64,000 bases of DNA, taken from NCBI GenBank assembly GCA_004022145.1, contig RCNU01000011.1; one strand, written 5' to 3'. The stretch's first letter is position 1; each line of letters begins with the position of its first letter. The position numbers and the translations under genes are program-made. Shown here one piece after another: positions 40,601 to 53,331 of this stretch. The stretch comes from Paecilomyces variotii. Lineage: Eukaryota. The notes beneath the pieces are model-generated. The model was not told the DNA's origin. It saw only the letters and a program-made list of their open reading frames with translations, and did not search any database.

Positions 40601-42234
40601 GGAGGAAGAGCTGTCCTGCGGTACCCCAGGAACATAGACGACATAGGTATGGTGGCTTCTCCCTTACTGCTGACTGCAACAACGCTAGCATTCGCCACCA
40701 TGAGAACAGGGTTCATGTCTGAGATAGGCGAAGCGGTCGCTATGTTACCCGCCAGCGAAGCAGCGTTACGTATCTGACGCCCAGCGAAGTATCTCAGTAC
40801 TTTCGCCATAGCGCCAAATACGGACCCTTGTTGTCCAAGCTTGGACGCGAGTCCATAACAAGCAGATTCCACATCACTGAGAGGAGTGTTCCCTCCAATG
40901 ACGAGCTCCTTCATGCTTGAAACATCCTCTGGGACATCCATCCGCTTCAATTCTTCGATATCAGATACGAATACCGAAACAGCATATTTAGCATTCTTGA
41001 AGCGAACTTCAATCTGAGTTTCGCTGGCCCCGCTAATGAGCTTCGCAGATGGATATATAGAGAGTAACTCGACAAGCTGCGCCAGGTTCACCGGTCGTAG
41101 CCAGACTTTAGTCTCATCGCCATAACAGATCGGTCGGTTGATATGTTTCCGTAGACCAGGAGGATAGATGAGTTCTGTAGATGGCACGTACGGTTTGAAA
41201 TCAAATTGTGGAATCGAGCTCTTTCTTGCAGATTCACCGCTATCTGTCGACAAACTCGTAGCGGAGCTCGTCTCATCCGTTGGCGACGACCCAGACGATG
41301 ATCGAGAAGGGCTTGATCCGCAACCCTTGATAGACGGGTTGTCCCGACAGCAACCTCCAGGTCTACCGCAAGAACCATTCGATTTCGACGAACCAGGATA
41401 CGAACCCTCCACATAAGAGCCATCATCCTCCCGAGAACTTGGCGTTAGATCCAACTCTCGCGATCGAGAAACATCATCAGCGAGCTCTCCCCGGAGATCC
41501 TCCGTAATAAAAGTCTTTGCCGCTTGAAGAATTGGTTTATACCCAGTGCAGCGGCACAGATTCCCATCCAAATGTCCCCTCATCTCTATATCGTCTTCGG
41601 AGAGGCTAAATTTCCCTGTCTGCGCGTCATATGCATTTCTGATTATGGCGTATAAGGACATGACAATTCCCGGTGTGCAGAAACCGCATCTGGTACTGTC
41701 AGTGCGCGATCTCTCGATTGAAAACATATTCGATGTTCATACTGGGATCCGTGCAGCTTCCCCAATCGTTCTTGTAGAGGATGTGGATGATCCACATTCC
41801 CCAAACCTTCTACTGTGATAACATGCTTCCCCACAACTGTACCGGGACGTGTCAGTATATATATCTATTCCACGTCTTCGTAGAGGGAAGAACATCGTAC
41901 CTCCGACCAGTGGATACAAGCAAGCATTAATAGCCTGATGCCATATTCTCCCACCACGCATTGAATCGACAACCTGCAGCACGACCGTACAGGCACCACA
42001 TCCTCCTTCACCGCATCCCAGCTTCGTGCCCTTCAGGCCATGCTGTGAACGGATGAAATCAAGCAGCGTCCAATGCGGATTAGGGTTGCGTAACTCGATT
42101 TTGCTGCCATTCAGATAAAACTCGAGCGTAGACGTCGTATATGTCGACGTGACCAGCTTCTGGAGGTTGTCTGTCTCCTCCGCGGAGGGGAGATTGATGG
42201 GCTCAGGCTTCACCAATGGTACTGGGAGCACCAT
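37668..42234 (-). CDS. hxnS: Xanthine-dehydrogenase paralogue nicotinate hydroxylase (purine hydroxylase II): 2Fe-2S, FAD and Moco domains, 5 exons
   Basis: GTKLGCGEGGCGAC, QCGFCTPG, GNLCRCTGY, GGGFGGKES, AFRGFG and SSKGIGEPPL. It has the HxnS-type FATAIH motif instead of the FTAL of canonical XDH, and is divergent from an OYE gene as in A. nidulans. Confidence 0.9.
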
Positions 42235-43000
42235 CCTTCTGGCTTCCTCTTCCCAACCACTCTCACGACGTATAGTATAGGAAGGCGGAGACGTTCTCTT
42301 CCCAGGCTCTCAGCTCGCTGATAACCAAAAGTAACAACAATTTAACCCAAGACAGAGGTATCTCATCCACACAAAACGAAGCAGTTTCCAAGAGAATAGT
42401 AATCTACGACGAAGAAGGTACGAAGCACCAGGAAGCGGGAAACCAGCCCCAATACATTGATTGCGATCTGAACTGGCATTCCCAGCTCGTGTTCTATCTG
42501 CATTTCGAGAGCGTAATCTGACGAACCTATGGAAAGCGTCCGTGTCCAGGATCAAGATAGGTTGTGTGGCTTGAGATTGGCCGTAATCGCGAACAGTGAT
42601 GTATATCAAATGCACCCCGCGTCGGCACGTCCGCTTTCTATTCGTATTAGGGGTTATTGGCGATTGCCACCTCATCTCTGCTTGGATCAGACAGGATTGA
42701 TTAATTGATTGATTGATCCAAAGAGCACAATCGTCTATTATCAGGCAGGGTATCGAGTAGATCAATCAGTCATGCGTCCTTGCCATGCTGTAGTTATTTC
42801 TGTATTGCTTGTCTCGTAGAGTAGTGAATTGGCTGGTGAATCCAACTATGACACCTGTAACGGGGCTCGATAAGCTACTCCCCTGTAGATAGACATAACA
42901 ATGCACGGTTAGAGTCGGTGATTATTTAGAACCCCCGGCCGTACACAGTAGATTAATACTAGAATAATGCATCAAGTTATGATCCAGTCGAGTTCGACTC

Positions 43001-43063
<63 letters not shown>
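43001..43063. repeat. (AAT)21 microsatellite in the hxnS-hxnT divergent intergenic region
   Basis: Perfect AAT run read directly from the sequence. Confidence 0.97.
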
Positions 43064-43066
<3 letters not shown>

Positions 43067-44109
43067 TCACTCAAGTGCGGAGAAAGAGAAAGACGGCCGA
43101 TCCGCCGTGGCGATAAGAAACGGTTTCCGAGTCCCGATCAGGCAGGAGCTGGGCCGTGCGAGGATTGGAAAAAGTGCGTGGCGTTTATACGGAGCTCAAA
43201 GATGGGGGTTTGAACTAGTAGACTAGCGTTAAGTAGAGGTAGAGCCGTAGTGACTACTACAGCCGACAAGCCATGTCGTTTTCAAGGTTACGGATGTTTG
43301 AGTAACTACCTTAGGTAAACTATATTGAGTCAGTATCGATTGCAGTAGCCAGATCTCCGTTTAGATTGTTGTTATGTGCGGAAAACATACACTTATTATT
43401 ATCACTATTATTCTCGAGTCATGACTCATGAAGGTGGCTTTACCACCAGTGTTGTGTTCTACTCAATAGACCATTCATAACAAAAAAACTAGATACAGTT
43501 CTCCATGGAGGGGTAATTCCTCCAAGTTTTCATAGAGCAAGAAAAAAAAAACTTGGATATCCCACCTACGATTGACTGCAAAGGAAAGTGGATGCGGTCC
43601 ATAGTAGCAACGCAACGGTAACTACTTACTTAGTCTGCCCACTCTCGTTGCACGTTTTGTTCTAATGAGGAGGCTATACTGTGGCCACTGTCGGTAACAC
43701 CCCAGGTCGTCGTTTACAGTAGCATTCAGAGTAGTAAATTTGACCAGAGATGGCGAAATCGGGTCTGAGCTTACCCCTTAAGACCTGATCCACCGGAGAT
43801 GGGATCGATCTCACACAAAGGGCTCCTAGTAACTAGGTAGTTAGTTAGAGGATGGGATAGCTCCTTTTATGCTTGATGTCCCGCGTCTCGGTCTCTCTTT
43901 TCTTTCTCTCTTTGTTACTACATTTCTTGCTTGATCTTATAAAGACTGCGACTAAGTTAGTTCATCTATTATCATTCATATCGTTCAACGCCTCGTCTAT
44001 CTATTCTATCACTCTGGCTCCAATCACGAGGAAGAGAAAAGCAACAATAGAAACAACCGGAGAAAGTCACCAGGAGAAGAAGAGGAAAGACAATAACAAC
44101 AGAAAGAAG

Positions 44110-45503
44110 ATGGCGACTTTCACCCCTCTCCAGGAGACTGTTTTGTTTAAACCCCTCCGTCTGGGGTCTCTCAATCTCGAACACCGCGTCGTCCTGGCCC
44201 CGTTGACTCGGATGCGCGGGACGAAGGAGTCCGACGGCGTGTTTGTTCCCAATGACCTCTCGGTGGAATACTACAGCCAGCGTGCTTCCAAGGGTGGTTT
44301 CATGTTGACTGAAGCTACTCCAATTAGCAGATACGTGAGTTTTACATTCCTCCAGCATCCCTCAAGAATTGAGTGAGTGTGGGGAAGTGAAAAAAGATAG
44401 GGAAGCTGATAAAAAGTTTATCTTATCAGTGCGCAGGATATCCCGGCGTCCCTGGCATATTCACCGCTTCTCAGATTGCGGGATGGAAGCGTGTCACCGA
44501 TGCTGTCCATGCTAAGGGGGCTTATATATTTTGTCAGCTCTGGCATGTGGGACGAGCCTCATGCCCATCGTTTCTCGATGGCCGCAAGGCGTTGGCCCCG
44601 ACAGACATTCCCATCACGGGAAAGGCCATGGATGGTACCGAGTATGCGGACAACCCACCCAAGGCTATGACCGTCGAGGAAATCAAGGAGACGGTGGCCG
44701 AATTTGCTGCGGCTGCGAAGAGGGCCATTGAAGCAGGCTTTGATGGTGTCGAGATTCATGGTATGTGTTTATTTATCTATTACTGTTCAGACTGAGAAAG
44801 ACTTATGCTTACACTCTTTATTCCAGGCGCCAACGGTTACCTTTTGGATCAGTTCCTCCATGACAACGTCAACACTCGTACAGACGAGTACGGAGGCAGC
44901 GTTGAGAACCGCTGCCGCTTCCCTCTGGAAGTCATCAAGGCTGTCACGGAGGCAGTGGGTGCACAGCGCACCGGTATCCGACTGTCTCCTTACAACTATT
45001 TCCAGGACACCCGCGACTCCGACCCCAACGGACATTGGATCTACCTGTGTGAACAGATCGCTTCTCTATCAGATGAGAATCGTCTCTGCTACGTACACAT
45101 GGTCGAGCCCCGTTTCGATGAGGTTCTGGATGAAAGTGCCAAGCTCGATGCTCTTTCTGCCTACACTGGAAAAGGCGTCGAGGCAGAGGCTACCGCACCT
45201 AAGAAGATTGTTGGAAACACCCTCGATCACTTCCGCAACGTGTTGAAGAAGACTGACGTCAAGTTTCTGGCCGCCGGTAACTTCAACCGTGATAACGCGG
45301 TGCCCAAACTGGAGAGCGGTGCTGCCGATGCCATCGTATTTGGTCGTTCGTTTATTGCGAACCCAGACCTTCCACGGCGTTTGAAGGAGGGTCTCCCTCT
45401 CAACTCCTATGACAGGTCAACCTTCTATGGTGCTGACCCTCCACAGAAGGGATACACTGACTACACATTCTATGAGGACAAAAAGGTTAACGGGACTGCG
45501 TGA
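44110..45503 (+). CDS. hxnT: Old Yellow Enzyme family FMN oxidoreductase, putative HxnT (2 introns)
   Basis: RVVLAPLTRMR, EYYSQRAS, QLWHVGR, GFDGVEIHG|ANGYLLDQFL, RTDEYGGSVENRCRF and FGRSFIANPDLP. Confidence 0.88.
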
Positions 45504-45760
45504 ATGGATTTGAATTTGTTGCAATTATAGATTTGCGGGATATGATACCATCCTAGAGATAAATAAGGCAAATGTGCCAAAACAGTAGCCTGAAATAAAA
45601 AGAATGGGGGATAATTTTACAGAAAGAAGTGAATAAACGCAAAAAGAGAAATGATAGATATTGCCAGATACCTGAACAATAAGAAAATTCGACAAATATC
45701 ACCATAAATGGCGGATATAGAATCCATAAAGACATATAGGAAGGAGATTTCATAAACTCA

Positions 45761-48755
45761 TTATGCGTATGCAACTCTCCGTGATTCAGACAGATGTAAT
45801 AGTACCTTCATCGCGTCGTGGACCACCGCCCATCGCACCGTCGCAAGCTGTTTCGCCATTATGGCGGTTAGCCCCGTGGTGTCAAAACGGCCTGCCAGGG
45901 CGGACAACTCCTCGAGACTGTTACATGTGGTCATGCCAATCAACATGGCAGCCATCTCATTTTTGGCATCGACGCCATCGGCCGAGGGAAGTCTCCTCTC
46001 GCCAGAAGTGGAGGTAGGGAGATGGAAGGCCCAGCAAGTTAATGTGGCCAAATAAAGACACCAAGAATAATGGAAGACCTCGGTGTCGTCCCAGTCATTC
46101 AGGTTCATGACAGCATCTTGCAAGATATAAGAGGCATGCCTTGCAGCCTTGGAAGCAGACCTTGGGTCCTCGTTTACCCATCGCGTCACAATCCGCTGGG
46201 AGCGCTCGAAGTCAGAAGCAGTGACAATACGGCCTAGAATATGCGGTGCGCCAGCATAGATCTGCAAGTCCAGCACTTCGACATTCAATGTAATGTGCGC
46301 AGCATGATAGAGAACGTGACTGGCAGTTTTGAGGCCTGTAAATTTGCGCAGGTCCGCTCTCTGGTTGAGCTTCATAGTCATACAGTCGGCATCGAAGTCC
46401 GCTTTCCAAAGGTCGTAGGATCGTCCCATACGTGCCTTCCAAGCTCCAGCGAGGTCTGGTGTCCCTGATCGCAATGTTGTTTGATCGCGACGCTTGAGAT
46501 CAGAAGAGACTGACATGAGACCATGGAGTAAGAATATCCTCGCCATGGCATTGAGATGACGAGGACGTGGCATCGCACTGGGAGTGATATATGCCTTCAG
46601 AACAGACAAGAACGGAGGGTGCGTCCCTTCTCTCACAGAGCACTTGAACCACTCTTCCGCCGACGGGGCCTCCCAGGACGCAGTATCGCAAGGCAAAGAT
46701 GAGCGGATTTCGAAAGCAGACATACATAGAGACTGCGAGAAAAGAACCGCATGCTGGGTGTCCCACATGAAGCAGTGCATTGCCAGTCGTTTGCGTTGTT
46801 CCGCATTCATTGCATTCCTCCATGCCGTCTCAATATCCTCCGGCCGTTCAGTGGCCCCAGCTGTTTTGATAATTGGACAGTCGCTTCTCCGGATGAGCTT
46901 GATAAGGACGCAATGGAATAATTGCGCCATATCGCGCTGTTTCTGACCAGCCCTCAATTTTCCGAAGCAATCAATCAGAAGCATAGTCTGCAACAACCAG
47001 AGGTCTGGCTGGGCGGAAAACGCTGCATGAGCAAAAAGGTGGTTTCGAAGAGTATCGTGTATCCGAACTGCCAGCTGATGAGCTTCCCGGCTACTGTAGG
47101 TGGCACCTAGCGAGAGTATAGCGGCCAAGAAGATCCGATCAGCTGTATTGGGATCAAATGTGGCTTGATGTATAAGAGGATATGACGTATTGAAGCGTGT
47201 AAAGAACAAGTCGCAGTACTCTTGCAATGCTGACAATGTAAGAAGGTGCGAGGAGATGTCGATACGTGTGCCTTCAGGCGTTGTCGGATGCGACTGGGAC
47301 ACTATGCTGAGAATTCCCGCCCTCGCATCCTCATTGAGACGAGGAAGACTGTTTCCAATGCCTGTTTGCTCAACTGGTCCCATCCAATCAAGGTTCGAGA
47401 AATCAGGTATCTGTTTGCTCTCGCTCTCTGACACAGGAGCTTCATAAGTTGGCGCTGACCTGGAGGAGTCCGTTTCGACAGGGCCTTCCTGGTCACGAAG
47501 ATCTCCACGGCCATGTTCTAGAGAGCTTTCTTGAAAGGCGGCGGTATTTCTTCCGAAGTTTGGGCTCATGTTTACGTCGAAGAAGGAGTCACCATTTCCC
47601 GGCGATATTGCTGTCTCCAGCAACTGCCCGTCCGCTCGAAGAAACGGCTGAGACCACATGTCAGGGACCGGCTCGGCGAAGTTTGCCATGTCTGTCGTCA
47701 ACGGGATATCAGCATGGCTGAATGCATCGTCAAGCGAGGACACGTCGAACAACCAGTTATAGTTCAGGGTGGCAGCGAAGGGCATGTTGAATGAGGTAGC
47801 TATACCGTTGGTTAGCGAATTTGGAGCACTTGATGATGACTATACCAAAGGAGGAACAGCGGCCCGGAACGCGATATATCACCTACCTGTATCCAGATTG
47901 AAAAAGTCATCGTTGATACTGTCAAGTCCACCAGAGTGGGTTTGCCATGAGCCATCTGCGGCATCGAATTGTCCTGGGAGAGGTTCCACATATGGTTCGT
48001 AAGGGCCACCAGGGACCATCGGAGCCAGGAATGGCTCTGGGCTGTTCATTGTATCGCAGGACCCTGCAAGGTTGCTCTCCATACGGATACTAGAACCGGA
48101 ATCATGAGTCGACCGAGGAGGAGACACTGGAGCTCCAAGTGGAGGCTGGTCATTGTTCTGTTTGTGTTCTCCCCCTCGACTAGATGCGCAGTGTGAACTA
48201 GGCGTAGTCATCGATTCCGCATCCATGCGTCGACTTTCCGAAGTCATGCTGGCTCCGCATGAGCTTTGGGTTGATGATGATGAAGACATATAGTTATCTC
48301 TCGTCTGAGAGGCAGCAGCGGCCGCTGCCGCGGCCGCTTTTGCCTGCTTCTTCGTTGGTCTGGTCACAATCGTCCCATCTGGTGCTCGACGAGTGCGTTT
48401 GCGCGTCTCCAGCACCCCCAATCCTGGACCTCCAGCTTCTTCGTCTCTTTTCGCGTGACGCATCATGTGTCGACCTATCTCCACCGTAAGTGGGAAGTCC
48501 CGCAACGAAGTGCGATTGATTGTACTTGTAGAACCTACCCAGAAGGTCCGGACGGGTGAAATGAACACCACACCGTTCGCACGAATTATCATCCTGCTGA
48601 TGGTTCAGCGCGTGCCTGCGTAGATGCTCGGCTCTCGTGAAGGTCTTTCCACAGCCCGGGAAATCACAGACGTGCGATTTAATGAGCTGCAACTTCGAGG
48701 GAGTGCTCGGAGTCGTCTGCGATCCGGTCCGTTTGACACTAGCAGAGGAGGCCAT
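45761..48755 (-). CDS. hxnR: Transcription factor with two C2H2 zinc fingers and a fungal-specific TF domain, putative HxnR (2 introns)
   Basis: CDFPGCGKTFTRAEHLRRHALNH and CERCGVHFTRPDLL|GRHMMRH, followed by a C-terminal Fungal_trans-like region. Adjacent to hxnT and hxnS. Confidence 0.85.
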
Positions 48756-50148
48756 TATACTTCATGCACATTCAATGTCGACTTATTTGCTTGGTCTCCG
48801 TGAAGTACGTGAGGAATCGAGCAGAGATCTAGATTTCAGAACAAAAAAAAAAAAAAAAGACAAAAGAATCAGCCAGCGCTGATATCGTAGACTAAACTTT
48901 CATCCTTCGTGGTCCAACGCCCCCGCATGGAAAAGGTGCAGGAAGAGGAGGCGTCCAAGCTTGCGGAGAAGGACGAACATGTTTGTAGTCCAGCCGATCC
49001 CAAAGAGTAGTGTTTTCGGCGAGTCACACTTCGGCCGAATGCCGTTGGAAGCAGATTGGCCTCGTGCCGGGTGTTGTTGATAAGGATCGTGGCGTTCTAT
49101 CGTGGAGTGGGCAGTGGGCACTGGGATAGACGTGCGTGTGCGTAAGGACGCCGTGGATGGACAATCTTCTTCGTGTTTATTGCCAATTTGCCACGCTTTC
49201 TCGGGGCGACCATTGCCTATTCCGGGGAAGTTCAGCGAGACACTTAGATAGTAGTAGTTAGTCTAGATATCTAGTAGTCAGTGCTGCGCGATAGCTGGTC
49301 AGTGCCGAAACAGGGCAATGATAAGTAGAGCGCCAATAATGCTCTTATCTGATATTTAACCCGGCCCTGGCAGGTAGAAGCGAGGCTAGACGCGATCAGG
49401 AGAAGATATGAGAAGTATCTAGTGAACCATTAAGTTGATTGTTTGTTATAAATGCGACTGACCAATTCTTCCCCCAGTCATTAATTGAGTTCTCCATCCA
49501 ATTCCATGTGGCTGAATGGGCCCAGGTGGTCAGTCAGCGGAAGAATGCAGTTCCGGTTCTCTGGATAAAGATGTAAAGCTGCGTATCAGATGATGTCCTT
49601 TCGCGTTATACCAGGAGATAAGATGGTGTCTTTACCTGTGAGAGCTAATCTTCCAACCAGCTTTATCAACATTATTTGGGCGTTGTCCGATGATCGGTTA
49701 TTGACGTTCTTGAGTATCTTGAATATAATCCAATAAAATGATACAGCCAAGAGGAGAAGGCACTCATAGGACTTGTGTGCATATAACACCATTTTCCATT
49801 GCTTCTGGATGATATGCTAATGTCTTCACATTCTGTCTCGATCATTTCTGGTAATGAATAAGATATTCCTCGAAGGAAGGCCAGGCGGTGAAGATGATGT
49901 TACTGAAGACTGCCATTCACCACTTGACGACGGGATGTATCGACCACTCTCCAGCCACATTTCTTTGTTTCCTGTTGTCTTCACGAGGGGCTTTCGTTAT
50001 TTGGTTCTGCAAGTGAGAGCTTCTGAGACCTTTAAGTATTCTTCTCCCAGACATCGCCGCGAACCACGACTTTTTCAACCACCTCACATACTGTATCTCG
50101 CGAAAACAGCACAGTTTACACAAACCAGGTGGGATCTCACAGAGCAAC

Positions 50149-51229
50149 ATGTCGAAAGAAAAACCCGATAATGCACAACCCCTGGAGGATGAAACGGAGA
50201 TCGAAAAGCTTGACGCAGAGGGAGACGTGACTTTAGTTGTGGGAGGTAACTCCGTGTCCCCACGTCAGTTCCTTGTATCCTCAAAGGTCCTCTCTCTTGC
50301 TTCTCCTGTGTTTGCAAAATTATTTGGACCACATTTTTTGGAAGGCTCGCAGATGGCAAAACACGGCAGCATCACAATTCACCTTGATGAGGACGATGCT
50401 AAAGGGATGGGGACAATCCTCGGAATCCTTCACTACCAGGAGATCCCAGAGATCGAGAAACTTAGCGCAAAAGAAATAGTTACTGTGGTTATCTGCTGTG
50501 ATAAGTACGATTGTGCCAGAGTCATCCAACTATGGATAGAAAAGTGGTTCCGCAGTCTCGATCAGGGTCTCTCCGCGAAGGAGTATGGCCATGCTCTTCT
50601 TGCGGCGCATCTGTTGCGCGCATCAGACGACTTCTCCCAGATAACGCGGAGGATTCAACTGGAGTTCGGGCTGGGTTCATTCCATGCATGGGATGGCGAG
50701 GAGATTCTGACTTTGTTGCCACGAAGTATTAGACGTAAGATGGACCGACTCTATTTTCCATGCTGATATCTTACGTTTGGCAGGTGATCTGACAAAGGCA
50801 ATTGGAGACTTATTGAATCGTATACATCATGAACTGCAGTCGATGGACTTGGTCCTCAAAGGCACCGCACCCGTCAGGAAGTGCGGGATGATGTGCATGA
50901 CTTGCGGCAAAGAGTCCTTTCTTTCTGACATTTCCAAGTGCTATTACTGCAAGACCCATACAAGCAACCCATGCAAGGAAGATCACCGAGTAGATGTGTA
51001 TTTTTCTATGCTGAGGAAGAAAAATCTCTGGCCTTCTATCACTCCATTCCAAACTTTGTCCGCCAACGCCCTCGCAGTGTCCATTAAGCGGCTGAAGGAT
51101 GACCTAGAACCCTCCTGCGATGAGGCATCCGGATGCGTGGTGACCCCAGAATTGAAAGGACTGGAGGAAAGGATCGATGGAATTATCGGGAATGTTAAGG
51201 GGCTGTCTCTTTATCCTCTGTCAGGGTAA
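50149..51229 (+). CDS. BTB/POZ-domain protein with a C-terminal Cys-rich segment (intron 50735-50783)
   Basis: DAEGDVTLVV, FLVSSKVLSLASPVFAKLF, LDEDD and CDKYDC. The second exon has CxxC pairs. Confidence 0.85.
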
Positions 51230-52458
51230 CCCGGCTCGCTATACCACGTTGAAACTCGCTCATTCGTCATTGATAACGGTATCGACCATGTCCAAGTCGA
51301 TTGCTCCCCTGCGAACACTGATGAGAAACTGTCATTTTCTCAGTGCACCGGAAAAGACTTGGCCATGAAACTCTGACTTCTATCGATCGTCGGATCTGAA
51401 TCCTGGCATGACATTGATCCTGGGTTATCTAACTCAATTTCCACGTGGAAAGTCTATTTCTTCTCGATGAAAACAATGACGTCAAATCCTTCAGTTACAA
51501 CCAAATGGATCATGTTATTAGACTCGTCTAACACTTTGCTCAATATTAATACAAGAAGGATCATGAAACTTCAACCAACCGAATTAGATCCTCCAAATGA
51601 CTAAGTATGCACAGTAGTTACGAACAATATCAGAGAGTAAAATAAGTTCTCTCTCATGTATTCTCTAAATTCCCGCCTCCCTCTACGAAGTAAGGTAGAC
51701 TAATAGCATATCTCAAATACTAAAAACCTCTATATCAGGAAGAACTTTTTTTTCTCTCCCCCAGGTACAATCACTCTATCGACACCCAACTGCTTTACCT
51801 AAGTATGGAAGCGAGCTGCAAAACGCCACTACCTTCCTATAAGTATAAAAGGTTCAGAACAGACAACCCGAATCCACCTATTTCCACAAATATAGAGTCA
51901 GTTAAAGCAGACACGCCGGAAACAGGAAATACTCAGCAATAATGGGCGAAGGCAATTCTCCTAGCAGCAACTACTTAATCAGGATGAAGTAGTTAACTGA
52001 TTAGTTAAATCCAAGGGCATATTTAAAAGTAGTTGATAGATTTTGTACCCTCTGTTTGGTTCTTCAAGTAATCACGACCCTATCCTATTCCCGTATCAAA
52101 TGCTTTTGATTACAAAACTACCATCTTTGCTTCCGTGGTCTTAGATCCTGACATACTCCAGAACTTTGCTCTGAGTACCTGCCCAGTTACTACCTACTAC
52201 CTACTACTTACTACCTGCTATCTAGTCCCTAATATTCAATTACAAAGCCAGGATTCAACACTATAATTTCAAGTAATAATAGGTACTACCTACCTCACGC
52301 ACGAATACCCACTGTACCAGCCAAAACTCGCAACCAAAAACAAAACCAAAAATACGTCATCACAGCCCAACCGCAGAATCCTCCCCACATTCAACTACTA
52401 CTGTAATACATATAGTATGTATGTACCTATATTAATCTATTTAGCCCCAGACAAGCAA

Positions 52459-52486
52459 AAATAAATAAATAAATAAATAAATAAAT
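52459..52486. repeat. (AAAT)7 microsatellite
   Basis: Read directly from an AT-rich intergenic region. Confidence 0.9.
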
Positions 52487-53331
52487 AAAAAGAAAAGAAA
52501 CCCCCTCCCCGAGACGTAAACAAGAACCAGAACGCAATTAATACCTACCTACCTACAATTACATCTATTCAATTTCCATCAATAACGATTCCATATCTTT
52601 CCCTAGTGTGGATCCATTCCCTGCGTAGAACTAAACCACGTTACGTATGTATAAGTCGTCAGTCCCCTCTGGTTTTGTTCACCGTGAGCCGGATCGGGCT
52701 GGGCAGAGCGGGGATGATAAATTTCCAGTTTGGAAATAATCCGTTTCAGCCGTGTTTATGTCCATGGTCGTCTGGAGTATGATGGTATATGGTATGTAAG
52801 GGCTACGGCTTGGTTCTACCATATGTATATGCATATATTATTCCCGATTTATTAGGGGAGTGGGAACTTATAATCTAGAGGAGGGGTAGTGATGTTTGAT
52901 AATAGTGCACTTGGAAAGAAAACGAAGGAGAAGAACTGAGAGAAGAGACCCGCACAGGAGTCTTCTGGGAGGGAGCATTTAATTTTTATACTATATACAG
53001 GATGCAATGGTTCTCGAAAACTCCATAGTCAAAAGTAGAATCATCGTCTCACTCCACCGGATGACCTTTGCCCCAACCGTTCTCATTACCCATACACAGG
53101 GGAGATAGGTAGTAGTGATGGCGACAGGGTGCAGGTCCAGAATAATATACGCCGCTACCCATGCGAAGCTGACAAGCGCGCCAGATCGTCATGCTCATAG
53201 ATGTGTTCGGTTTCAGACAAATAGAGAAACCCATTGTTTCGCCCACGACTCAGATTGAGTAGGGACAGAAAATAAATATAAGAGAGCGGGATTCGTAACA
53301 GTCAAGTTCATCGTTTTCAGCATTCAGGAGA

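Noticed and set aside
37668-42234. Canonical xanthine dehydrogenase (hxA) of purine catabolism
   Set aside because: The FATAIH motif and linkage to OYE and C2H2 genes fit the HxnS paralogue better.
42985-43000. GTTCGA T-loop-like motif suggesting a tRNA
   Set aside because: There is no cloverleaf, acceptor stem or A-box; it abuts the AAT microsatellite.
51300-53300. AT-rich region as a possible transposon relic
   Set aside because: No terminal repeats, target-site duplication or transposase/RT remnants are visible, only simple repeats.
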